A program made the translations under genes and the position numbers. A model generated the notes under the pieces. The model saw only the letters and a list, made by a program, of their open reading frames with translations, did not search any database and was not told the origin of the DNA. 64,000 nt of DNA from Candidatus Aminicenantes bacterium (GTDB lineage Bacteria > Acidobacteriota > Aminicenantia > Aminicenantales > Saccharicenantaceae): assembly GCA_963719985.1 (NCBI GenBank), contig CAVRDU010000005.1:770817-834816 (forward strand), written 5' to 3'. This document shows positions 28,013 through 37,506 of this stretch, piece after piece (positions within the stretch are counted from its first letter, which is position 1; each line of letters begins with the position of its first letter).

Positions 28013-28041
28013 TTGACAGCCCCACTATGATACAATATATT
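28013..28041 (+). promoter_or_regulatory. Strong sigma-70-type promoter (TTGACA-17bp-TATATT) within a 75-nt AT-rich island
   Basis: Perfect -35 TTGACA at 28013-28018 and TATATT at 28036-28041. The 28020-28095 region is about 25% GC in a 70% GC genome. The leader contains nested palindromes TATACGT...ACGTATA (28043-28049 / 28083-28089) and ATGATaATCAT (28052-28062). Confidence 0.6.
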
Positions 28042-28096
28042 TCTATACGTTCATGATAATCATAATTTTAAACATATCTGTACGTATAGGTACACT

Positions 28097-28819
28097 ATGA
28101 ACAAAAACATCCTCCATCTCGAGGACCTGGCCCGCCGGGCCGACGTGCCGGCCGAGCGCCTTTCGGAGTGGGTCAAGGCCAAGCTCCTCAGGCCCGAGGG
28201 CTATGCCGACGACAAGGCGCCTCTCTTCTCCCCCGGCAGCGGCGAGCGCGTCGCCCACCTCCAGAGGCTGGCCGACCTCGGCTACGGGACCGACGAGATC
28301 CTGAAGATCGTCAAAAAGGTCGGTCTGCCCCAAGACGGACGCGGACGCAGGAAGGAGCCCGGGAAGGGCCGCTTCCTCACGGTCGGCAACCTGGCCGAAC
28401 GGTCCGGCGTCAGCGCCAGGACGATCAAGCACTGGGAGGACAAGGGCATCATCGAGCCGGACATGCGGACCGAGGGGGGGTTCCGGCTCTACTCGGAATC
28501 CTACGTCTTTCCCTGCCAGCTCATCCGCGACCTGCAGCTCTTCGGCTACACCCTCGAGGAGATCAAGGCCGTCTCCGACGACGTCCGGACGCTCCTCTCC
28601 ATCGAGGCCGAGCCCGACGCGTTCCCCGCCGCCGACGTGGAGAAGCGGCTGGCGGCCATGCTCGAGGCCATCCAGGCCCTTTTCGGCAAGATGACGCTCC
28701 TCGAGGAAGGCATCGAGCGCTGGCAGGACCTTCTCAAGAAGAAGAGGAAGGACATCGCCGGCCTGCGGGCCCGGAACAAGAAGCGGGAGGAAGCGGCCAA
28801 GGACAGGAAACATGCCTAA
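28097..28819 (+). CDS. MerR-family transcriptional regulator with two tandem MerR-type HTH domains
   Basis: 240 aa. HTH 1 at about res 5-70 (LHLEDLARRADVPAERLSEWVKAKLL). HTH 2 at about res 90-160 (LTVGNLAERSGVSARTIKHWEDKGIIEP...GFRLYS). The protein ends in a Lys/Arg-rich tail. Its stop overlaps the next gene start by 8 nt. Confidence 0.75.
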   Translation: MNKNILHLEDLARRADVPAERLSEWVKAKLLRPEGYADDKAPLFSPGSGERVAHLQRLADLGYGTDEILKIVKKVGLPQDGRGRRKEPGKGRFLTVGNLAERSGVSARTIKHWEDKGIIEPDMRTEGGFRLYSESYVFPCQLIRDLQLFGYTLEEIKAVSDDVRTLLSIEAEPDAFPAADVEKRLAAMLEAIQALFGKMTLLEEGIERWQDLLKKKRKDIAGLRARNKKREEAAKDRKHA

Positions 28820-30251
28820 GATCGTCTTTATCGAGCCGAAGGCCCCCAACCTCCACATCTTCTCCCAGTTCCCCCTGCCCCGGCTGGGCACGCTCATCCT
28901 GGGGACGATGATGAAGAAGCGCGGCTGGGCGGTCGAGCTCTTCGTCGAGGACTTCCGCAAGGTCGACTTCGACGTCGTCGCCTCGGCCGACCTCGTCGGC
29001 ATCTCGACCATCACCTCGACGGCGCCCCGGGCCTACGCCATCGCCGACCGGGTCCGGGCCATGGGCATCCCGGTCATCATGGGCGGGCCGCACGTGACCT
29101 ACCTCACCGACGAGGCCCTCGGCCACGCCGACTTCGTCGTCCGCGGCGAGGGAGAGGCGGCCCTGGCGGCATTCGTCGACGCCTGGGAGCGCGGCGGCGG
29201 CTACGACCGCGTTCCCAACTTGTCCTTCCGGGACGAGGCGGGCGCGATCGTCCACAATCCCATGGCCCCCCGGGCGGCCGACCTTGACCCCATCCCCTTC
29301 CCCGACTTTTCGCTCCTCCGGCCGGACGCGAAGGGATTGAAGCACATGTCGTCCATCCCCGTCCTGACGTCTCGGGGCTGTCCCTTCGACTGCTCCTTCT
29401 GCTCGGTGACCGGCATGTTCGGCCGGAAATACCGCTTTCGCTCGACGGAGAACATCATCGAGGAGCTCCGCCTCTACTCCGGCCGCAGGACCATGGTCTT
29501 CTTCTACGACGACAATTTCGCCGCCGACCCGAAACGCACCCGCGAGCTCTGCGAGGCCATCATCCGGGAAAAGCTCAAGATCACATGGACGACCCAGGTC
29601 CGGGCCGACGTCACCCGCGATCCCGAGCTCGTCGGGCTCATGAAGAAGTCGGGCTGCCACACCGTCTACATCGGCTTCGAGTCGGTCAATCCCGACGCCC
29701 TCGAGGACATGAAGAAGAAACAGACCGTCGCCGAGATCGCCGAGGCCGTCAGGGTTCTCCGGCGCCACAGGATAAACATCCACGGCATGTTCGTCCTCGG
29801 CTTCGACCAGGACGATTGGAAATCGGTGCGCAAGACGGTCCGCTGGGCCAAGCGGGCCCGCCTGACCTCGACCCAGTTCCTCATCCTGACGCCCCTGCCC
29901 GGATCGGCCTTCTACGACCGGATCTCCGCGGAGAACCGCATCCGCTTCCACGACTGGGCCCTCTACGACGCGCACCACGCGGTCTTCCAGCCGGCCCGCT
30001 TCTCCCTGCCCGACCTCCAGAAGGCCCAGAGCTTCGCCCACCGCAAGTTCTACTCGCTGAAGCAGGAGGCCCGCAAGCTCCTCGCCGGCCAGTGGATCGC
30101 CGCGGCCATCGCCCATTACGCCCGGAAGCTCGACCGGACCTGGAAGAAGCGCAACAGGACCTTCCTCAAGGTCATCGCCCTGCTCAAGCCCCGGCCGGGA
30201 TCGAAGGCGAGGGTCTCGGTGGACTACCGGGAGGACGTCAGCCTGGACTGA
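28812..30251 (+). CDS. B12-binding domain radical SAM protein (class B cobalamin-dependent rSAM)
   Basis: 479 aa with an N-terminal B12-binding domain and the radical SAM motif CPFDCSFC. Translationally coupled to the MerR gene. Confidence 0.85.
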   Translation: MPKIVFIEPKAPNLHIFSQFPLPRLGTLILGTMMKKRGWAVELFVEDFRKVDFDVVASADLVGISTITSTAPRAYAIADRVRAMGIPVIMGGPHVTYLTDEALGHADFVVRGEGEAALAAFVDAWERGGGYDRVPNLSFRDEAGAIVHNPMAPRAADLDPIPFPDFSLLRPDAKGLKHMSSIPVLTSRGCPFDCSFCSVTGMFGRKYRFRSTENIIEELRLYSGRRTMVFFYDDNFAADPKRTRELCEAIIREKLKITWTTQVRADVTRDPELVGLMKKSGCHTVYIGFESVNPDALEDMKKKQTVAEIAEAVRVLRRHRINIHGMFVLGFDQDDWKSVRKTVRWAKRARLTSTQFLILTPLPGSAFYDRISAENRIRFHDWALYDAHHAVFQPARFSLPDLQKAQSFAHRKFYSLKQEARKLLAGQWIAAAIAHYARKLDRTWKKRNRTFLKVIALLKPRPGSKARVSVDYREDVSLD

Positions 30252-30320
30252 ACGGTTTACTTCGCCTTCCGTATCCAATAGAATAAGCCAGTTATTTTCG
30301 AATTCCCAAGGGAGTCGCCC

Positions 30321-31043
30321 ATGCCCAACGTGTTGACCGTCCGGGGATTGAAGAAATCCTACGGCACCCAAATGGCCCTCGCCGGCATCGACTTCGAAGT
30401 CCGGGCCGGAGAGGTCTTCGCCCTGATCGGCCCGAACGGCGCCGGCAAGACGACGACGCTCCGGATCGTGGCCACCCTGCTCACGTCCTCCGGCGGGGAC
30501 ATCACCTTCCTCGACCGCGACCACCGCAAGGAGCCCGACTTCGTCCGGGAGAAGATCAGCTACCTGCCCGAGGAGGCCGGCGCGTACAAGGACATGAAGG
30601 GGATGGACTACCTCCGCTTCATGGCCAACTTCTACGCCCGCACCCCCGAGGAGGAGAAGGAGTTCGTCGACCGGGCGGTGGCCATCACCGAGCTCGGCGA
30701 CCGGCTCAAGACCAAGGTCGGCACCTACAGCAAGGGCATGACCCGCAAGCTCCTCCTGGCCCGGGCCCTGATGACCCGGCCCACGCTGGCCATCCTCGAC
30801 GAACCGACCTCGGGCCTCGACGTCCTCAACGCCCTGGAGGTCCGGGAGATCGTCCGCCGCTACGTCAAGGAGGGGACCTCGGTCCTCCTCTCGTCCCACA
30901 ACATGCTCGAGATCGAGTTCCTGTCCGACCGGGTCGCGCTCATCAACAAGGGCCTGATCCTCGACAGCGGAACGCCCGCGGAGCTCAAGAGCAAACACCA
31001 GGCCAACAATCTCGAAGAGGTCTTCAGGAGTTCCGTCCGATGA
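30321..31043 (+). CDS. ABC transporter ATP-binding protein
   Basis: Walker A GPNGAGKTT, signature YSKGMTRKL, Walker B LAILDEPTSGLD. Confidence 0.9.
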   Translation: MPNVLTVRGLKKSYGTQMALAGIDFEVRAGEVFALIGPNGAGKTTTLRIVATLLTSSGGDITFLDRDHRKEPDFVREKISYLPEEAGAYKDMKGMDYLRFMANFYARTPEEEKEFVDRAVAITELGDRLKTKVGTYSKGMTRKLLLARALMTRPTLAILDEPTSGLDVLNALEVREIVRRYVKEGTSVLLSSHNMLEIEFLSDRVALINKGLILDSGTPAELKSKHQANNLEEVFRSSVR

Positions 31044-32341
31044 AAAGATTCAGCAACCTTCTCCGCAAAGAGATCAAGGAGCTGGTCACGAAACAGCTCA
31101 TCATCTCGCTGGCCTTCACCGTCCTGCTGTTCAATTTCATCGGCCAGGTCAGCAAGAAGGAGGTCCAGAAGGCCATCGGCGTCCAGACCATCTCGGCCCT
31201 CGACCTGGACGGCTCGGCCGGATCGCAGGCCCTCCTGAAAGGCCTCGAATCGGCCCGGTTCAAGATCCTCGACCAGTCGGGCAAGACCAAGGACCAGGCC
31301 ATCGAGACGGCCAAGGCCGGGGAATCGAAGCTCCTCCTGGTCGTCCCCGCCGGCTTCGGCGATTCGCTCGCGGATCTCAAGCCGAGCGAGATCGAGACCT
31401 ACTCTTTCATGCGCAGCTTCTCCCTCATCGGCGCCCGGGGGCAGGTCGTCGTCCAGAGCGTCATCGGGGCGCTCAACGAGGCCCTGTCCAACAATTACCT
31501 CCGGGAAAAGATACCAGGCGTCGATCCCCAGAGCCTCAAGAGGCCGATCAAGAGCAAGGATTTCGTCGTGGTCCAGGACCGCGTGGCCGAGGGCTCGGCC
31601 AACATGGTCGCCGGACTGATCACCCAGCAGTCGCTGCTCATCCCCGTCGTCCTGATGATGATCGTCATCTACTCCTCGCAGATGGTCATCTCGGCCGTGG
31701 CCATGGAAAAGCAGAACAAGACGCTCGAAACGCTCCTGACCGTGCCCATCAAGCGGACCTCGATCATCACGGCCAAGATGCTCTCGGCCGGGCTCGTCGG
31801 CCTCATCTCGGCGGCCGTCTACATGTTCGGCTTCCAGGGCTTCATCGGCGGCATCGGCGAGGAAGCCGCGAAGGCGGGCGCCGAGGCCGGCGGGACGGCC
31901 CTCATGCAGAAGCTCGGCCTGACGTTCGACATGACCGGCTATGTCATCCTCGGTGTGTCCCTGTTCCTGGCCATCCTTGTCGCCCTGGCCCTGGCCATGA
32001 TCCTCGGGGTGCTGGCCGAGGACTTCCGCAGCGCCCAGACGATGATCATGCCCCTGATGTTCATGGTCATGATCCCCTACTTCATCTCCCTCTTTGCAGA
32101 CATCAACACGGTCGCCCTGCCGGTCAAGGTCCTTATCCTGGCCATCCCCTTCTCGCACCCGTTCCTGGTCTCCCAGAACATCTACCTCGGCAACTACGGC
32201 ATGATCGCCGGGGGCCTGGTCTATATGCTCGTCGTGTTCGTCGTCCTGGTCGTCTTCGCCGCCCGGATCTTCTCGACCGACAAGATCCTGACCATGAAGC
32301 TGCGCTTCGGCAAGAAGAAAGGCGCGCCCGCCGGGGCGTGA
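31040..32341 (+). CDS. ABC-2 family transporter permease
   Basis: 433 aa with an N-terminal TM, a large extracytoplasmic domain and a C-terminal multi-TM block. Overlaps the ATPase stop by 4 nt. Confidence 0.75.
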   Translation: MKRFSNLLRKEIKELVTKQLIISLAFTVLLFNFIGQVSKKEVQKAIGVQTISALDLDGSAGSQALLKGLESARFKILDQSGKTKDQAIETAKAGESKLLLVVPAGFGDSLADLKPSEIETYSFMRSFSLIGARGQVVVQSVIGALNEALSNNYLREKIPGVDPQSLKRPIKSKDFVVVQDRVAEGSANMVAGLITQQSLLIPVVLMMIVIYSSQMVISAVAMEKQNKTLETLLTVPIKRTSIITAKMLSAGLVGLISAAVYMFGFQGFIGGIGEEAAKAGAEAGGTALMQKLGLTFDMTGYVILGVSLFLAILVALALAMILGVLAEDFRSAQTMIMPLMFMVMIPYFISLFADINTVALPVKVLILAIPFSHPFLVSQNIYLGNYGMIAGGLVYMLVVFVVLVVFAARIFSTDKILTMKLRFGKKKGAPAGA

Positions 32342-32390
32342 GCGAGCGGGCCGGGGCGGATCGGAGCGAGGGGACCGGGCCGGGATCCTC

Positions 32391-33584
32391 GTGACCAAGA
32401 AGCTCCCCGTCCAACTGACCTTTTTTGTCGCCGTCCGGGCCGTCTCGAACACGGCCTATAGGATGGTCTATCCTTTCCTGCCCGTCTTCGCCCGCGCTCT
32501 CGGGGTCGATCTGGCGACGATGTCGCTGGCCCTGTCGGCCAGGTCGGCGGCCGGGGCTCTGGGGCCGCTCGTCGCCCCGCTCACGGACCGCTACGGACGC
32601 CGCTTCGGTCTCTCGCTCGGCCTGGGGCTTTTCGCGACCGGGGCGTTCCTGGCCTTCGCCGGCCCCGGGTTCGCGGCCTTCGCCGTCGCGCTCGTCCTGA
32701 TGACCGTCGGCAAGTACGTCGTCGACCCGGCCGTTCTGGCCCACCTTAGCGATCTTATCCCCTACGAGAGGCGGGGCCGCGCCCTGGCCCTGACCGAGCT
32801 CAGCTGGTCCCTGGCCTTCTTCGCCGGGGTGCCGGCCGCGGGCTTCCTCATCGCCCGGTTCGGCTGGCGGTCCCCGTTCCTGGCCCTGGCGCTCCTCGGC
32901 CTGGCCGGCCTGTTCGCGGTCCGGGGCCTTTTCCAGGGAAGTCCGGGCGCCGGGACGGCCGGCGGGCCCGATGACGCGGTCACAGGGGCGAGGTCCGGCC
33001 ACTTCGCGAGCTACAAGGCCGTCGTCCGCTCGCCGGCGGCCCTGGCCGGGATCGCCGTGATCCTCGTCGTGAGCATGTCCAACGAGCTGGTCAACCTCGT
33101 CTTCGGCGTCTGGCTCGAGGATTCCTTCGGTCTCAAGCTCGCGGCCCTGGGCGCCGCGGCCGCTCTCATCGGCGTCGCGGAATTCGGCGGGGAAAGCCTG
33201 GTCGTGGCCACGGTCGACCGCCTGGGCAAGATCAGGGCCCTGATGATCGGTCTCGCCGCGAACGGCCTGGCCGTCCTCCTGCTCCCGCTGGCGGGGGGCT
33301 CGCGGCTGACGGCGCTCCTCGGCCTGGCCTTGTTCTACCTGACCTTCGAATACACGGTCGTCTCGATGCTCCCGGTCATGAGCGAGGTCCTGCCCCACGC
33401 GCGGGCCACCCTCCTGGCCTTCTACGCGGCCTCGTTCTCGCTCGGACGGGCGATCGGATCGCTCCTCTCCCCGCTCCTCTACGCGCGGGGCTTCACCCTT
33501 GTGGCCCTGACGGCGGCCGGCCTCGACGCTGTCGCTTTCATCGCTTTGCTGCGCCTGCGCCGATTGACGGCCGGAACGCGCTGA
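32391..33584 (+). CDS. MFS transporter
   Basis: 397 aa with 12 predicted TM helices and the MFS loop motif (LTDRYGRR). Confidence 0.8.
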   Translation: MTKKLPVQLTFFVAVRAVSNTAYRMVYPFLPVFARALGVDLATMSLALSARSAAGALGPLVAPLTDRYGRRFGLSLGLGLFATGAFLAFAGPGFAAFAVALVLMTVGKYVVDPAVLAHLSDLIPYERRGRALALTELSWSLAFFAGVPAAGFLIARFGWRSPFLALALLGLAGLFAVRGLFQGSPGAGTAGGPDDAVTGARSGHFASYKAVVRSPAALAGIAVILVVSMSNELVNLVFGVWLEDSFGLKLAALGAAAALIGVAEFGGESLVVATVDRLGKIRALMIGLAANGLAVLLLPLAGGSRLTALLGLALFYLTFEYTVVSMLPVMSEVLPHARATLLAFYAASFSLGRAIGSLLSPLLYARGFTLVALTAAGLDAVAFIALLRLRRLTAGTR

Positions 33585-36500
33585 GCCCAGGCGCGGCCAA
33601 CCCTATTATCTTCACCGGGCCGATGAGTCCTGAGGGGAGCAGCGGCGAGTCGGCGCTGAAATGCTTCCAAGTCGAGAAGGTCAGGCGGCCCGGGGACGGG
33701 CGCGACTCTCCCCGGAGCAGCCAGTCGGGCCAGTGGACGAGCCGGCCGTTCCGGGCGTATTCGGCGTCGGGGGGCTCGCGCTCGTCGCCGATGAGCCGGT
33801 TCGGCCAGAGGTTGGCGACGCGGACCTCGAGGCGGTTGGCCCTCCGCTTGTCTGCGTTCGTGATCTCCACGCGCCAGGGGTCGCACCAGACGACGCCGAG
33901 GTCGCGGCCGTTGAGCCGGACAGCGGCGATATGCTTGACCGTCGCCGAGGTCGAGCCAGAGGCGGCTGTTCTTGACGGAGATGGATGACGGCAGATCGAA
34001 GGTCTTCTTGTAGACGGCCGTCCCCGAATAGTACCTGATCCCCTCTTCCGGCCTGGTGCTCCAATCGTCCAGGCTCTCGAAGACCACCTCCTCCGGCCCG
34101 CCCCACGCCGGGTCGAACGAAACTTCCCAGGGCCCGGGAAGCGCCGCGACTTCGGACGGGATCGGGAAGTCAGCGGCCGGGGCGGCAGCCGATCCGGCGA
34201 CGGCCTGATGTCCCGGCTCGCGGAAGACGATGAAAAAGGACTGAAAAGGCTCGAATCGCAGGGCGACCGAGGTCCGTCCATCTTCCTCGCCGAATCCCGT
34301 CAGTGCGCGGATCTTCCCGGTGAGTGGGTCCCATATCTCGGGACGCTTGCCGCTCACGCGGAAGACGGCGGACGTCTCCAGCGGGCGGCCGGCGGGATTG
34401 GCGACGAAATAGATCTCCGTCCCGCCGTCCCGCCGGTGCGTCCAGCGGAGAGGGACGTCCGAGGAGAAATCGGGCCCGACCGACATCCTCGCGAGCTCCG
34501 CCTTGACGACCGCGAGATCCCCATACTGCGCGGGCTCGTCGAGCGGCGGCGCGCCTACCGACCAGGTCAAGGAGACGCTGGAGGGCGTTTCGGTCCCGGG
34601 CGCGACCGCCGGTTCGGGTCTTCCTCCCGGCGTTCCGATCACGGCGGCCGTCCGCCCGCGGACCCAGACGACGCGTCCGAGGCCGAAGGCGTTCTCGGTG
34701 ATCTCCTCACCGTCGCACTTCCCCCAGAGCTCGGCGGCCAGGCGCTCGACCTCGGCGTCGCAGTCCGGGTAATCCGGCGAGGGACGGGGACTTCCGCGGC
34801 CTCGGCCCGACGATCGTGGCCCCGGCCTCGACGAGGTCGCGGATCTTCTTCAGGAGGGCCGGCGTCATCGTCTCCCTTTCGGGAAGGACGAGCACCCGAT
34901 AGCTCATGCCGTCGGAGAAGACGAGGCGGCCGTCGGCGACGCTCGCCCGGGAAAGGAGCGTCTCCGGCGGGCAACCGTCGAAGGCGGGCCCGGTCGGGAC
35001 CGGAGGGTCGCCGCGGAGCGCCGACGCCGGCGGCCTGAACACGTGCGGCGCGCCTTCCGCGACGAGGAAGCAGACGTCGGCCACGGGGAGGCCCTGCCGC
35101 AGCATGAACTGGCAACGGGAGAGGTAGGCGTGGTAGGCGGGGACCATGTCCCACCAAGTCTGGGTCCGTTCCCAGTGGACGCCGAACTGACCCATGGTCA
35201 TCCCGGGGCGCATCGTCATCCCGGCCTGGTTCTGATAGCGGTGGAAGACGATCCGGTTGACGCCGGCCGCGAAGGCCCAATCGCCGAGCGGCTTCATCGA
35301 GGCCGGGTGGGCCCGCCAGGCCTCGGTGTCCAGCGAAGTGAAGGCTTCGGCGGCCATGATCCGCTTCCCGCCCGTGTGGGCGAGGCCGGCGGCCTCGAAG
35401 ACGGAGTGGGCCGTGTGGAAGCCGTAGAGCCAGAACTCGCTCATGGGCACGTCGGCGGCGGTCCCGAGCGTCATGTCGGCGCAAGGCGTCATGTCGTACG
35501 GCTCGATCGAGAGGCGGAAGCCGTCCCGCCGGCCGAGCTCCTTGAGCCGCAGGGCGTGGTTCTCCAGGACCAGCTCCTGGGCGGTCTGGCGCAGGTCCCA
35601 GAGGAACCGTTCGGAGATCTCCAGGCTCTCGACCGGGCGGCCGGTGACGGCCGGGAGGTAGGTCAGCGGGTCGTAGCCCCGTCTCTTCCGGAACTCCTCG
35701 CGGAAGGCGGCCGTCCAGTTCTGGGCGCCCATCTCCCAGCTGTCGATGTGGAGGGTCGTCCAGCCGGCCCGCCCGTCGGTCCGGCGGGGCCCGATCTCGC
35801 GGAGGAGCGCTCCGACGAAGGCGTCGTAGTGGGCGTCGAACGCGGCCGCGTCGAACTTGTCGCACTCGAGGCCGAGGCCGGGGACCGGCGCGGGACGCGT
35901 GTTGGCGCCCGTCGTCGTCCGCCCGAATCGCAGGATCGTCCAGCGGCCGGCCGGGACGTCCCAGACGAGGCGTCCGTCGGCCGCGAGCTTATCGGTCAGG
36001 TCGACGACGCGGGCGCGGTCGACGGCCGTGCCCGCCGGGAGCGCGGGGTATTCGGCCGGCGCCGGGAGGAACGGCCTGACGCCGGGCTGCGAGGAATATG
36101 GCGCGCGGATATAGAGGGCCTTCTCGTCGATGGCGTCGATCGCCGCTCCGGCGGCCGGGGTCGGGAAGGCCAGGACGGCCACGTCGCGATAGAACCCGTC
36201 CATGGTGTCCTTGATGGACTGCGGCAGGCCGCCCTCGCCGAAGAAGGCCGAACGGCGCGCGGGGCGCGGCAATGCGGCGTCGAAGCGGGACGGTCCGGAG
36301 ACGTCGGTCGCGGCCGCGACGATGTGCTGCATGGACTGCTCCGGCTCGACCCACGGGCCGCCCGAACCGGTCCAGCCGGGGCCGGCGTTGAGCGTCACCT
36401 CGAGGCCGAGACGCTCCGCCTCCCGGACGACGTGCTTGAAGAGCCGGCGCCACTCCGGGCTCATGAACTCGACCGGGCCGCGGGGGACGCCGACGTTGAC

Positions 36501-36755
36501 CTCGCAGATGACGACGCCGCCGAGGCCGGCGGTCCGCATGGCCTCGAGGTCGGCCGTGATCCCTTCGCGCGTCAGGTTGCCGTCCATCCACATCCAATAG
36601 ACCCAGGGCCGGGCCTCGTCGGGGGGATGGGCGAAGCCGGCGGCCAGGGAGTCGGAAGCCGTGCGGCTCGAGGATACCGGGCCACAGGCGCCGGCGAAGG
36701 CGACGAATGCGACGATGGCGGGAAGGGCCAGGCGGGGACACAGCCGATGCGACAT
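33538..36755 (-). pseudogene. Large exported glycoside hydrolase (TIM-barrel, GH2-superfamily/GH106-like; family not resolved) carrying two +1 frameshifts
   Basis: ATG at 36755 (GGAGG-6nt-ATG) with a signal peptide. Conserved PWVYWMWMDGNLTREGITADLEAMRTAGLGGV and HIDSWEMGAQNW blocks. The reading frame breaks by single G insertions at about 34774 (gccGgat) and about 33940 (gacGgtc). Splicing three track ORFs (34707..36959, 33479..34642, 33538..34281) restores a contiguous protein of about 1070 aa ending ...SPLLPSGLIGPVKIIG. Confidence 0.65.
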
Positions 36756-36892
36756 GGGGATCCTCCTCGTCACGTCCGTTCTTAGTACACTCCCCCGGCG
36801 GGAGTCAAACGCACGGCAGCGACTTTGGCGCCGGAGAAGCTCCGGACGGTCCTCCGCCACCCGGTCGAGAAGGCCTGGGCCGGCTCGGCCGG

Positions 36893-37480
36893 CTATTTCT
36901 TGGCCCAGGCTCCGGCTTCGTTCTGGACCCACCAGCCGGGGGCGGCGCTCTTGGCCCATTCCTCGGCGAAGATCTTCTGGATCTTCTCGATCTGGCTGGC
37001 CTCGATGTTCAGGGCCTTGGCCACTTCGGCGTAGAGCTTGGCCCGGTCGTCGTTCTCGTCCCTGACGGCGTTGCGGAGGGCCGCCTTGGCCTGGAGGTTG
37101 AGCCCGGTCTCGTCGCGGACCTCGAGCAGGCCCTTGTTCGTCTCGCCGACGTTGCCGGCGTCGAAGTAGGGCTTGAGCGTCGGGAAGCGGTTCCTCATCG
37201 CATCCTTGAGGGCCCGGATGGCCGGCGTCGAGACGTTCGTCGCTTCCTGAGCGTAGGCCGCGGGGACAAGCGCGAATCGGGGGGCCGATGCGGGCTCCGG
37301 CAGGGCCGACAGGTCCTCCGGGGCCTTCTTCTCCCCTTCGGTCTTACGGATCTCGTCGACGATCTCGGCGGCGGCCTGCTTGACCGTGGCCTCGGGGAAG
37401 TAGATGTTGACCGTGATGCAGGCCAGGGCTATGAGGAGCCCGGCGGCCGCGGCGGATCCCAGGGCGTATTTCTTGCTCAT
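36893..37480 (-). CDS. DUF1318 (YdbL-like) periplasmic protein
   Basis: C-terminal 195 aa of the composite track ORF 36893..39814. AGGAGG-8nt-ATG; signal MSKKYALGSAAAAGLLIALA. Lies immediately downstream of a YdbH/AsmA-like gene, as in the E. coli ydbH-ynbE-ydbL locus. Confidence 0.6.
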   Translation of the reverse strand: MSKKYALGSAAAAGLLIALACITVNIYFPEATVKQAAAEIVDEIRKTEGEKKAPEDLSALPEPASAPRFALVPAAYAQEATNVSTPAIRALKDAMRNRFPTLKPYFDAGNVGETNKGLLEVRDETGLNLQAKAALRNAVRDENDDRAKLYAEVAKALNIEASQIEKIQKIFAEEWAKSAAPGWWVQNEAGAWAKK

Positions 37481-37506
37481 GTCGTCATCCTCCTTGCGAT
37501 GTGTCG

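Noticed and set aside
27755-28035. Small ORFs (84-91 aa, both strands) in the GMC/MerR intergenic region as candidate precursor peptides
   Set aside because: They overlap each other in multiple frames, are G/P/R-rich, and have no SD or start-context support. The region is better explained as promoter or leader DNA.
30860-32452. 530-aa minus-strand ORF and a 421-aa ORF at 32133..33398
   Set aside because: They are antisense to the ABC permease and MFS genes and read as low-complexity D/E/G/R-rich text.
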